A stretch of DNA of 64,000 bases from Candidatus Dormiibacterota bacterium (lineage in GTDB: Bacteria > Chloroflexota > Dormibacteria > Aeolococcales > Aeolococcaceae): NCBI GenBank assembly GCA_036732145.1, contig DAINCY010000005.1:443-64442 (forward strand), in the 5' to 3' direction. Under the pieces are notes generated by a model. That model worked only from the letters and a program-made list of their open reading frames with translations, ran no database searches and had not been told where the DNA came from. Shown here one piece after another: positions 28,678 through 37,218 of this stretch. Made by a program: the position numbers and the translations under genes. The number at the start of each line of letters is the position of its first letter. Within the stretch, counting starts at the first letter, position 1.

Positions 28678-30257
28678 ACGTCGCGGCGATTCGCTACCGC
28701 TACCCGGAGATGTCCGGCGCGGCTCTCGACGCCGTCGACCTCGTCCTCGACAGCGGCATCTGCCTTGTTGCCGGTCCGTCAGGCGGTGGCAAGTCGACGC
28801 TGCTCCGCCTCTTCAACGGGCTCGTGCCGCACTTCTACGGTGGGCACATCAGCGGCCGCGCGTCGGTCGACGGCAACGACGTGTTGCGCACGCCCGCGCG
28901 GCGCCTGGCCACGTCAGTCGGATTCGTCTTCCAGGACGCCGAGCGGCAGGCGGTACATGCCACCGTCGAGCGCGACATCGCGTTCGGCCTCGAGAACGTC
29001 GGGACGTCGCAGCGGGCGATGCGGCAGCGCGTCGGCGAGGTCATGGAGCGGCTCGCCATCACCCACCTCCGCGAGCGCAGCATCGCCAGCCTCAGTGGCG
29101 GCGAGCGCCAGCGCGTCGCGGTTGCCGGTGCTCTGGTGTTGCGTCCACGCATGCTCGCGCTCGACGAACCGCTCTCCCAACTCGACGCGCACGGGGCCCG
29201 CGCCCTCCTCGAGCTCTGCATCGAGCTGCGTAACGCTGGGACGGCCCTGGCCATCTCCGAACACCGCCTGGACGACCTGTTGCCGGTCGTCGACTCCGTC
29301 GTCACCATCGCCGGCGGTCGTCTCGCCGGCCCCTTCGCCGCCCGCCCGATTGCCCTCTTCCTCGACAGCGCTCCGCAGGTGGTGCGCCTGTCACGAGCCA
29401 TGGGTTGGTCACCCCCGCTGCTCGACGGCGCCGCCGTGCAACCGCTGCTCCCACGCGACGCGCGGGCGGCCAACCGTCGCGCCGGCGTGCCGTTGTCGGT
29501 GCCGGCCTGGCGCCTCGATGGCGTCGTCGCAGGTCACGGCGACCTGCTCCGCGAGGTCAGCGCGACAGGGAACGCCGGCGAGGTTGTCGCCGTCATGGGG
29601 CGCAACGGCGCCGGCAAGAGCACGCTGCTGCGCGTCATCGCCGGCCTCGCCGCGCCGCGTTCTGGGACGGTGTGGCGCGAGCAGGGCCGGGTCGCCTACC
29701 TTCCCCAGAACCCCGCCGCCCTCCTCCACCGCGAGAGCGTCGCCGCAGAGATCGCCTGGACCCTGCGTACAGGACGCAAGCGCCACGGCGCCATCGACGA
29801 GGACGCAGTGCAGGCCCTGCTGCGCACCCTTGGAGTCGATGCCATCGCCGAGCGCGATCCCCGCGATCTCAGCAGCGGCCAGCGCCAGCGGGCCGCGATC
29901 GCCGCCATCCTCTGCGGGTCGCCTGCGCTGGCGCTGCTCGACGAGCCGACACGGGGGATGGACGGCGCGGCACGCGATGGCCTGGTGGCGGCGGTCCGGA
30001 TGCTGGCCGCCCGCGGCACGTCGGTGATCGTGGCCACCCACGACAGTGATCTCGCCGCCGCCATGGCCGACCGCGTGCTCGTCGTCGCCGAGGGGCTGGT
30101 TCATGACAGAGGCACGCCCGCGGCGGCGCTCAGCGGATACGGCAACGACCACGCCACGCAACTGGGCCGCCTCTTCACCTCGCCCGGTCCGGTCACCGTG
30201 GACGCGGTCGCCGCTCTGCTCCTGGAGGCGCGCACAGCGGCGGCGTTGGCGCCGTGA
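28662..30257 (+). CDS. fused ECF/ABC ATPase (EcfA-EcfA' tandem ATP-binding domains)
   Basis: Two Walker A motifs (GPSGGGKSTLL, GRNGAGKSTLL), two ABC signatures (LSGGERQRV, LSSGQRQRA) and two Walker B motifs (LALDEP, ALLDEP). The track ORF 28365.. was trimmed to ATG 28662, overlapping the ecfT end. Confidence 0.9.
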   Translation: MAPLVDVAAIRYRYPEMSGAALDAVDLVLDSGICLVAGPSGGGKSTLLRLFNGLVPHFYGGHISGRASVDGNDVLRTPARRLATSVGFVFQDAERQAVHATVERDIAFGLENVGTSQRAMRQRVGEVMERLAITHLRERSIASLSGGERQRVAVAGALVLRPRMLALDEPLSQLDAHGARALLELCIELRNAGTALAISEHRLDDLLPVVDSVVTIAGGRLAGPFAARPIALFLDSAPQVVRLSRAMGWSPPLLDGAAVQPLLPRDARAANRRAGVPLSVPAWRLDGVVAGHGDLLREVSATGNAGEVVAVMGRNGAGKSTLLRVIAGLAAPRSGTVWREQGRVAYLPQNPAALLHRESVAAEIAWTLRTGRKRHGAIDEDAVQALLRTLGVDAIAERDPRDLSSGQRQRAAIAAILCGSPALALLDEPTRGMDGAARDGLVAAVRMLAARGTSVIVATHDSDLAAAMADRVLVVAEGLVHDRGTPAAALSGYGNDHATQLGRLFTSPGPVTVDAVAALLLEARTAAALAP

Positions 30258-31009
30258 GGCTCGCAGCGATCACGGCCGTCGGAGCCGCGCTCTTCGTCTG
30301 GCCCTTCATTGGTCCCGGCGAGCCTGGGACGGCGGCAGCTGCCGCGGTGAGCATCGGCTGTGTCGTCGTCCTTCTCGCGATTGAGACGATGAGCCGCCGC
30401 CTGGACACTCGAGGTCTCGCGCTGATCGCCGCCATCGCAGCCGTCGACTCGGCGCTGCGGCTGGCTCTGGTGAGCGGCATCGGCGGTTTCTCGCCGATGT
30501 TCGTGCTCATCCTCTGCGCCGGCTACGCGATGGGGGCTGAGTTCGGCTTCCTCTGCGGTGCGACGGCGCTTCTGGTCTCGGCCCTCGTGACGGCGGGGGT
30601 GGGGCCGTGGTTGCCGTACGAGATGATCGCCGCCGGGTGGGTGGGTGCAGCCGCCGGCCTTGCCGGCGCCAGCCGGCGCGGACGGACGCCGCAGCGCCGC
30701 GACGTCGTCGCCCTCGCCATCGTCGGTATCGTCACGGGCTTCGCGTACGGTGCGGTCATGGATGTGTGGGACTGGACGTTCTTCCGGGGCGCGGCGGACT
30801 TTGGGTTCGTGCCGGGTCTGCACGCCGTGGACACGGCCTTGCGCTTCGGACGCTTCTACCTGGCGACATCGTTGGTCTACGACAGTTTCCGCGCGGCCGG
30901 CAATGCGGTGCTGGTCGCCCTGCTCGCTGCACCGGTCCTGGGTGCTCTGGTCCGTCTGCGACGCCGCCACACCGTGGTCATCGAGGACGCCCCGGCTCTG
31001 GCAGCGTGA
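30254..31009 (+). CDS. ECF transporter substrate-specific (S) component candidate (cobalamin-regulon)
   Basis: 251-aa protein with 6-7 helices. Its GTG start forms a GTGA overlap with the ATPase stop. It is the last gene of the riboswitch-controlled operon. The assignment rests on position and topology. Confidence 0.6.
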   Translation: MRLAAITAVGAALFVWPFIGPGEPGTAAAAAVSIGCVVVLLAIETMSRRLDTRGLALIAAIAAVDSALRLALVSGIGGFSPMFVLILCAGYAMGAEFGFLCGATALLVSALVTAGVGPWLPYEMIAAGWVGAAAGLAGASRRGRTPQRRDVVALAIVGIVTGFAYGAVMDVWDWTFFRGAADFGFVPGLHAVDTALRFGRFYLATSLVYDSFRAAGNAVLVALLAAPVLGALVRLRRRHTVVIEDAPALAA

Positions 31010-31015
31010 ACTGCC

Positions 31016-31372
31016 CTACGAGTTGCCGGTGGTCACAGCGCGGAGGCCGAACAGGGCGGTGGCGACGGCGCCGGCAAGCAGGTAGCGCATCTCCAACCGC
31101 GGATGGCGACGGCGCGCCAACGCCCCGGCGGCGGGAATCGAAATGACGGAAGCGGCGCCGTAGAAGTAGTGGATGGCCTCCGCGGGACGCTGTCCGGCGA
31201 AGACCATGCCCAGCCCGATGAGCGCCTCCACGGCAGCGGCGCCCGCACAGAGCCGGACAAAGAGGCGCACCGAGGGGATGGCCCCGGGGCGGCTGCGCGC
31301 CAGAAGCGTCAGCAGGGCTCCCACCACCGCTACCGCGATGACGACGGCGCCGAGGCGCGCGTGCACGCTCAC
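31016..31372 (-). CDS. small integral membrane protein, unknown function
   Basis: 118 aa with four hydrophobic segments. It lies 31 nt downstream of the fpr-like gene on the same strand. Confidence 0.5.
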   Translation of the reverse strand: MSVHARLGAVVIAVAVVGALLTLLARSRPGAIPSVRLFVRLCAGAAAVEALIGLGMVFAGQRPAEAIHYFYGAASVISIPAAGALARRRHPRLEMRYLLAGAVATALFGLRAVTTGNS

Positions 31373-31403
31373 CGGGTCAACGCCGGACCCGCGCGGGACG
31401 TTG

Positions 31404-32159
31404 TCAATCGGGCCAATACTGCTCCTCGCGGATCTCCTTGTCGCCGAAACCGCGCCGGCGCATGATGCCGCGGGTCTTGCCGATCATCTCGGGATTCCCG
31501 CAGAGGTAGATGGCGCCGTGGCCCGGCAGCAGCGAACCGGCGTCGGCGTGTTTGCGCAGAACATCCTCGACGCGCCCGGTCTCGCCGGACCACTCCGGCT
31601 CCTCCCAGGGGCGGCTGATGGTGGGCACGTAGGTGAACCAGTCAGAGGCGGCGTCAAGCGCGCGCAGCTCAACCTCATATCCCAGCTCGTCCGAGCGGCT
31701 GGCCCCCTGGAGCGCCACCACGGGGTGGTCCGCGGTCCACTCACCGCTGGCCTGGCGACGAACCAGGCTGCGCAGGATGCTGACGAAGGGGGCGATGCCG
31801 GTGACGGTGGCCACGAAGAGATGTGCCTGGTCGAGCACCGGCGCGTCCTTGAGGAAGAGACCCTTGGAGCGCCTGCGCACCAGCGTGCTGTCCCCGATGG
31901 GAACGTCATGGAGCGGCGCCGACAGCTCCCCGTCGGGAACGCGCTCGATGAACAGCTCGATCTCCGCCTCAGCAGGATCCGATGCGATCGAGTACGGCCT
32001 CTCGACGATGCGCCCGTCGAGCTCCAGCCCCAGGGTGACGTACTGGCCGGGGCGGAACGGGAGCTCGCAGTCCGGCCGGATCCGCACTACCCACAGGTCG
32101 GTGGCGAGGTCGCGGCGCGACACGACGGTCGCCGCCGCGTACTTGTCGGTGTCGATCAT
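31404..32159 (-). CDS. fpr: ferredoxin-NADP+ reductase (plant-type FNR fold, bacterial Fpr class)
   Basis: FAD motif RPYSIAS, NAD(P) motif LFVATVTGIAPFVSIL and C-terminal YLCGNPEMI...EQYW. Confidence 0.85.
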   Translation of the reverse strand: MIDTDKYAAATVVSRRDLATDLWVVRIRPDCELPFRPGQYVTLGLELDGRIVERPYSIASDPAEAEIELFIERVPDGELSAPLHDVPIGDSTLVRRRSKGLFLKDAPVLDQAHLFVATVTGIAPFVSILRSLVRRQASGEWTADHPVVALQGASRSDELGYEVELRALDAASDWFTYVPTISRPWEEPEWSGETGRVEDVLRKHADAGSLLPGHGAIYLCGNPEMIGKTRGIMRRRGFGDKEIREEQYWPD

Positions 32160-32336
32160 GCGCGCGACAGTGTAGGGAGCCAGGGCCGGCGGACCGTTCG
32201 AGCCGCATCCCGGCGACCATGACCGGTCCCCTCGCCCTGGTCGGTAGCGCCGAGGTGCAGATCAGCGTCGGTCACGACCGGACCTGCCTGCACCCATCGA
32301 CTCGACAGGGCAAACAGCAGCCGCGAGAGTCGCCCG

Positions 32337-33659
32337 ATGCCCGATTCCATTCCGCCGCGGACGCGCGCCACCCCGGATCCGCTGCAGGAACCCCCACGCG
32401 GGTTCGACCCGGCGCGCGCCCGCACATCTGCGCTGCGCCGTGCGGTCTCCAGAGTTGCGGTGGACGCGTCGCCGCTGCGGGAATCGCGCGACTTCCGGCT
32501 CCTGTTCATCGGCCAGGCGGTGTCCTTCACGGGCACCATGATCACCTACGTCGCGATCCCGTTTCAGGCCTACGCGTTGAGCCGTTCTTCGCTTGTGGTG
32601 GGGCTGGTCAGCTTGACGGAGCTGGCGCCGATCCTGCTGGTGTCGTTGGTGGGAGGCGCTCTGGCGGACGCGGTCGACCGCCGCCGCATGGTCCAGCTGA
32701 CCGAACTCGGTCTCTGCGCCATCGTCGGGATTCTCGCTGTCAACGCGTCGCTGCCGCATCCACAGTTGTGGGTGCTGTTCTCCTCCGTCGCGGCGGCGGC
32801 GGGTCTCGACTCGTTGCAGAGACCGTCGCTCGACGCATTGGTGCCGCGCATCGTCCCCCGCGAGAAGCTGTCTGCGGCTGCAGCGCTGGAGGCGCTGCGC
32901 GGCAACCTGGGCCAGCTGCTGGGACCACCCATCGCCGGCGTCCTCATCGCCACGGTCGGGTTGCCCATCACGTTCGGCGTCGACATGGTCACGTTCCTCA
33001 TCTGCGTGGTGACACTCAGCTTCATGAGCGCCGTCCCTCCCGCGCCGGACGCGGGCGGCGTGAACCTCCGGGCGGTGCTCAGCGGCCTGCGCTACGCATC
33101 GCGACGCCAGGACCTGCTGGGCTCGTATCTCGTCGACATGAACGCGATGTTCTTTGGCATGCCGATGGCACTCTTCCCGCAGATCGCGGGAACATTCGGC
33201 GGTCCAGCCGTGCTCGGACTGCTGTACACCGCGCCGTCCGCCGGTTCGCTGCTCGCCACCGTCACGAGCGGCTGGACATCCTCGGTGCGCCACCACGGGC
33301 GCGCGATTGCGATCGCTGCCGCAGCGTGGGGCATCGCGATCGTCGGCTTCGGACTGGCGCCCTCGTTGTGGGTGGCGCTGGTGGCGCTGGCGGCCGCCGG
33401 CGCAGCCGACATGATCAGCGGTCTGTTCCGCATGACGCTGTGGAACCAGACGATTCCAGATTCCATGCGGGGCCGGCTGGCGGGCATCGAGATGATCAGC
33501 TACACGTCAGGGCCGGCGCTTGGCAACCTCGAGGCCGGCGTGGTCGGCGCGTTCGCCGGTGTGCGCGCCTCAGTGGTCAGCGGTGGGGTGCTGTGCGTCG
33601 TCGGAACGGTGGCGCTCAGCGCGCTGCTGCCGCGATTCTGGAGCTACCGGGCGGACTAG
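32337..33659 (+). CDS. MFS transporter (EntS/MFS_3-like)
   Basis: 12-14 predicted helices with FRLLFIGQAVSFTG at TM1. The start is uncertain (ATG 32337 or GTG 32460). Confidence 0.85.
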   Translation: MPDSIPPRTRATPDPLQEPPRGFDPARARTSALRRAVSRVAVDASPLRESRDFRLLFIGQAVSFTGTMITYVAIPFQAYALSRSSLVVGLVSLTELAPILLVSLVGGALADAVDRRRMVQLTELGLCAIVGILAVNASLPHPQLWVLFSSVAAAAGLDSLQRPSLDALVPRIVPREKLSAAAALEALRGNLGQLLGPPIAGVLIATVGLPITFGVDMVTFLICVVTLSFMSAVPPAPDAGGVNLRAVLSGLRYASRRQDLLGSYLVDMNAMFFGMPMALFPQIAGTFGGPAVLGLLYTAPSAGSLLATVTSGWTSSVRHHGRAIAIAAAAWGIAIVGFGLAPSLWVALVALAAAGAADMISGLFRMTLWNQTIPDSMRGRLAGIEMISYTSGPALGNLEAGVVGAFAGVRASVVSGGVLCVVGTVALSALLPRFWSYRAD

Positions 33660-33711
33660 CGCCACCGGCGCCTGCGGAGCGGCCTCGGGCAATGTCTAGA
33701 CTCCGTCGCCC

Positions 33712-34848
33712 GTGACACTGCTCAGTCCTGCAGACCGCATGGCGCTCATCGAGCGCAACACCGCCGAGGTGATGGGTCGCAGCGACCTTGCCGAATTGCT
33801 TGGCACCCCGACGCCGATCCGTCACTACATCGGGTTTGAGATCTCCGGGAAAGTGCACCTGGGGACCGGCCTTGTGTCGATGGGCAAGGTGCGCGACTTC
33901 CTGGCTGCCGACATCGACTGCCACATCCTGCTGGCCGACTGGCACACCTGGATCAATGACAAGCTCGGCGGCGACCGCGACGTGATCCGGCGTATCGCCA
34001 CCGGTTACTTCACGGAGGCGATGCGGGCGTCGCTGCTCTCAGTCGGGGCCGATCCCGCCCGCGTGCACTTCGTACTCGGCACCGACCTCTACGACAGCAA
34101 CCCCGACTACTGGACCACCGTCATCGAGGTGAGCCGCAACACCACCCTGGCACGGATGCTGCGCAGCATCAGCATCCTTGGGCGCGAACAGAGCGACTCC
34201 GTGGATTTCGCCAAGCTGATCTATCCGGCGATGCAGGCGGCCGACATCTTCACCCAGGGCATCAACCTCGCCCACGCCGGCACCGAGCAGCGCAAGGCGC
34301 ACGTCATCGCCCGCGACGTCGCCACCAAGATCCGCACCAACCGACTGACCGACAGCGAGGGGCGCACCATCAAACCGGCGGCCGTGCACCATCCACTGCT
34401 GCTCGGTCTGCGCAAGCCACCGGTGTGGCCGCTGCCCGACGACATCGACCCCTCGACGTTGAAGATGAGCAAGTCAGATCCGTCATCGGCGGTGTTCATC
34501 CACGACGACCCTGACACCATCAGACGTCGTGTTGCCAAGGCGTTTTGCCCCCCTGAGGAGACGCGCTTCAACCCCGTGCTCAACTGGATGGAGCAGCTCG
34601 TGTTCGCGCTCGACGACGCTCCCGTGCGGATCGAGCGCGGCGAGGCTCACGGCGGCGCCATCACGTTCGACACGCACGCCGAGCTCGTCGACGCCTACGG
34701 GCAGGGCACCCTTCATCCCGGTGACGTCAAGAACGCGCTCGCCGTACGCCTGATCGATCGCCTGGAGCCGGCGCGCGCCCACTTTGCCAAGCCTGAGGTC
34801 GCGGCCATGCTCGAGGACGTGAACGCCGTCCTGGGAGCTCGCGGTTGA
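33712..34848 (+). CDS. tyrS: tyrosine--tRNA ligase, archaeal/eukaryotic-type
   Basis: Collinear with archaeal TyrRS as I recall it (ALIERNTAEV.., YIGFEISGKVHLGTG, ILLADWH, IYPAMQAADI, MSKS in LKMSKSDP, FCPP, NPVL). It lacks the bacterial C-terminal S4-like domain. ATG 33739 is an alternative start. Confidence 0.85.
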   Translation: MTLLSPADRMALIERNTAEVMGRSDLAELLGTPTPIRHYIGFEISGKVHLGTGLVSMGKVRDFLAADIDCHILLADWHTWINDKLGGDRDVIRRIATGYFTEAMRASLLSVGADPARVHFVLGTDLYDSNPDYWTTVIEVSRNTTLARMLRSISILGREQSDSVDFAKLIYPAMQAADIFTQGINLAHAGTEQRKAHVIARDVATKIRTNRLTDSEGRTIKPAAVHHPLLLGLRKPPVWPLPDDIDPSTLKMSKSDPSSAVFIHDDPDTIRRRVAKAFCPPEETRFNPVLNWMEQLVFALDDAPVRIERGEAHGGAITFDTHAELVDAYGQGTLHPGDVKNALAVRLIDRLEPARAHFAKPEVAAMLEDVNAVLGARG

Positions 34849-34860
34849 CCGCCGGCGCAG

Positions 34861-35397
34861 TCAGCGGGAGGTGGTTGCCGCGCTCTTGTCCACCGCCGCG
34901 AAGGCCATGGTGACGGCCTCCTCGGGGCTCTTCGCCCTCTGAATCCCAGGATCCGCGTTGCGGGCTCCGGGCGGGCGGATCTCCCAGGTGTCGAGCCCGA
35001 TCACGGGCCGCCGATTGCGCAGGGCCAACCCGATCTCGCTGATCGTCCCGTAGGCGCCTCCGATGGCGATGATCACGGGGCAGGCGCGCACGATCAGGGC
35101 GTTGCGCATCTCTCCCATCCCGGTGGGAATGGCCAGGGACACGTCGGCGGCGGCGTCCTCGGCGCTGCCACCGGGCAGCAGGCCGATGCTGAAACCGCCC
35201 CCGCGCGCCGCGCCGCGCGCCGCCGCCGCCATGACCCCGCCGAGCCCGCCGCAGACCACGATCCCACCACGGACCGCGATCAGCCGGCCGACACGCTCCG
35301 CCACCGCATCAGTGGCGGGATCGTCGCGCGAGGTCCCGCACACACCGATCAGCGGGGGGCGCTGGCGGCGTGTCGGCGTGGCAATGGTGAAGCTCAA
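34861..35397 (-). CDS. TIGR00725 / LOG-like (SLOG Rossmann) family protein
   Basis: IGVCG..., VVCGGLGGVMAAAARGA and IAIGGAYGTISEIGLAL motifs. 4-nt overlap with the trpS stop. Confidence 0.75.
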   Translation of the reverse strand: MSFTIATPTRRQRPPLIGVCGTSRDDPATDAVAERVGRLIAVRGGIVVCGGLGGVMAAAARGAARGGGFSIGLLPGGSAEDAAADVSLAIPTGMGEMRNALIVRACPVIIAIGGAYGTISEIGLALRNRRPVIGLDTWEIRPPGARNADPGIQRAKSPEEAVTMAFAAVDKSAATTSR

Positions 35398-36428
35398 CGG
35401 AGTCCGACCGCGTGCTGCACGCGCAGAAGGGTTGCGTCGGCGACAGCAGCCGCGCGCTCCGCGCCGCGCTGCAGGACGCTGCGCAGCGCCGTCTCATCGG
35501 CGCGCAGGGCGCCGTACCAAGTCTGCACCGGTTCAAGGACCTCGTTGATGGCGTCGGTCACTGCTGCCTTGAGCGCGCCGTACCCGGCACCCTCGAACTG
35601 CGCGATCGTCTCCGCACGGCTGTGGCCACGGACGGCGGCGTGGATGTCGAGCAGATTGGCAACGCCCGCACCGACCGGCTCGGTCACCGCGGGATTGGTA
35701 TCTGTCGTGGCGCGACCGATTTTACGGCGCACCACGTCCGGCGAGTCGAGCAGGAGGATGGCGTGGCCCGGCCTGGTGAGCGCAGTGCTCTTGCTCATCT
35801 TGGTGGTGGGATCGTCGAGGCCCATCACGCGCGCCCCGGTGCTGCGAATCAAGGGTGCCGGCAGGCGGAACACCTCGCCGCGCAGGCTGTTGACCCTCTG
35901 CGCGATGTCGCGGCAGAGCTCGACGTGCTGTCGCTGGTCGTCGCCGACCGGAACGAGGTCGGCGTCATAGAGCAGGATGTCTGCAGCCATTAGGTCAGGG
36001 TAGGTCAGCACCCCGGCACCGACCCGTTCACGCTCAGGGCCGGTTCCCGCGCGTGCCCTGAACTGCGTCATCCGCTCCAACCACCCCAGCGGGGTGTGGC
36101 ATTCGAGGATCCACCCCAGCTGAGCGTGGGCGGTGACCGCGGATTGGACGAAGATCACGCTCCGGTCCGGGTCCAGGCCACACGCGAGGTAGAGGGCGGC
36201 CAGCTCCAGCACGCTGTTGCGCAACAGCTCCGGGTCGGGCACCACGGTGAGGGCGTGGAGATCGACGATGCAGAAGAAGTTGTCGTAGCTGTCCTGTTCG
36301 CGCGCCCAGTGCCGCAGGGCGCCCAGGTAGTTGCCGAGATGGAGCTGGAAGGTGGGTTGGATCCCGCTGAGCACGCGGGGACGCTCGCCGCTCGGCGGTA
36401 GGGTGGCGGCGGCGCGCGACGTGGACAC
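35394..36428 (-). CDS. trpS: tryptophan--tRNA ligase
   Basis: SGIQPTFQLHLGNYLGAL (HIGH-type), VPVGDDQRQHVEL and KMSKS. The track ORF 35394..36761 runs through the dodecin gene, so it was trimmed to GTG 36428. Confidence 0.9.
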   Translation of the reverse strand: MSTSRAAATLPPSGERPRVLSGIQPTFQLHLGNYLGALRHWAREQDSYDNFFCIVDLHALTVVPDPELLRNSVLELAALYLACGLDPDRSVIFVQSAVTAHAQLGWILECHTPLGWLERMTQFRARAGTGPERERVGAGVLTYPDLMAADILLYDADLVPVGDDQRQHVELCRDIAQRVNSLRGEVFRLPAPLIRSTGARVMGLDDPTTKMSKSTALTRPGHAILLLDSPDVVRRKIGRATTDTNPAVTEPVGAGVANLLDIHAAVRGHSRAETIAQFEGAGYGALKAAVTDAINEVLEPVQTWYGALRADETALRSVLQRGAERAAAVADATLLRVQHAVGLR

Positions 36429-36484
36429 GACCGGCGAAGGATACCGGCCGGGTTGAGGCCGACCGCTGGTGGTCAGGTCCGAGC

Positions 36485-36700
36485 CTAGTTGCCGGGCTCG
36501 TACTTGAAGGAGAGAGCGACGCGCGTCCGAAAACGGCCAACCTTGCCGTCCTCGACGGTCATGTCGAGCTTCACCACTTCGGCGACGCGCAGGTCGCGCA
36601 GGCTCTGGGACGCGGTCTCGACGGCGCGGCGGGCAGCGTCTTCCCAGGACTCGGTGCTGACACCGACGAGCTCGGTGACGCGGTAGACGGAATCGGCCAT
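36485..36700 (-). CDS. dodecin family flavin-binding protein
   Basis: 71 aa (VYRVTELVGVSTESWEDAARRAVETASQSLRDLRVAEVVKLDMTVEDGKV..FRTRVALSFKYE). SD GGAGGA lies upstream. Confidence 0.8.
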   Translation of the reverse strand: MADSVYRVTELVGVSTESWEDAARRAVETASQSLRDLRVAEVVKLDMTVEDGKVGRFRTRVALSFKYEPGN

Positions 36701-36823
36701 GCGTCGGGTCCTCCACGGGTCTGATGAGGCTGTGCATTCTGGCGCAGCCGCACCGCATCAATGGAACGGACCGGCCGGCTGGCTACGATGGACTGGCGTC
36801 AAACTCACAGGAGGCGATACCGC

Positions 36824-37195
36824 ATGAGCTTTCTACGACTCGTCGCCCGCACGGCCTTTGCCTGGATCTTCATCGTCGCGGGGTACGGCACTCTGAAGAC
36901 ACCGGGCACGCGCCCCGAGATGGTGGCCAAGGCACTGCCAGTTCCCGAACCCGAACTCCTGGTGCGCCTGAACGCGGCCATGATGATCGCCGGGGGCACC
37001 GCGCTTGCGCTGGGCATCAAGCCACGTCTCGCCGCGCTGGAACTGGCGGCGACGCTGGTACCGACCACCTACATCGGCCACCAGTTCTGGAAGCAGTCGG
37101 AACCGGCCGCCAGGCGCAATCAGATCGTCCACTTCAACAAGAACGTGAGCCTGATCGGCGGCCTGCTGGCGTTTGCGCTGACCGAGGACGACTAA
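36824..37195 (+). CDS. DoxX family membrane protein
   Basis: The track ORF 36761.. was trimmed to ATG 36824, preceded by AGGAGG at an 8-nt spacing. It has four helices with DoxX-like AWIFIVAGYGTLK. Confidence 0.8.
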   Translation: MSFLRLVARTAFAWIFIVAGYGTLKTPGTRPEMVAKALPVPEPELLVRLNAAMMIAGGTALALGIKPRLAALELAATLVPTTYIGHQFWKQSEPAARRNQIVHFNKNVSLIGGLLAFALTEDD

Positions 37196-37218
37196 GGCTG
37201 GGACGACGCTCCACGTCC

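Noticed and set aside
33660-33711. T-box or other leader upstream of tyrS (and upstream of trpS/dodecin, 36701-36823)
   Set aside because: The gaps (52 nt and 123 nt) are too short for a T-box leader. I saw no specifier loop or T-box sequence.
36429-36761. 5' extension of the trpS ORF
   Set aside because: It would run through the dodecin gene in another frame. The TrpRS homology begins only after GTG 36428.
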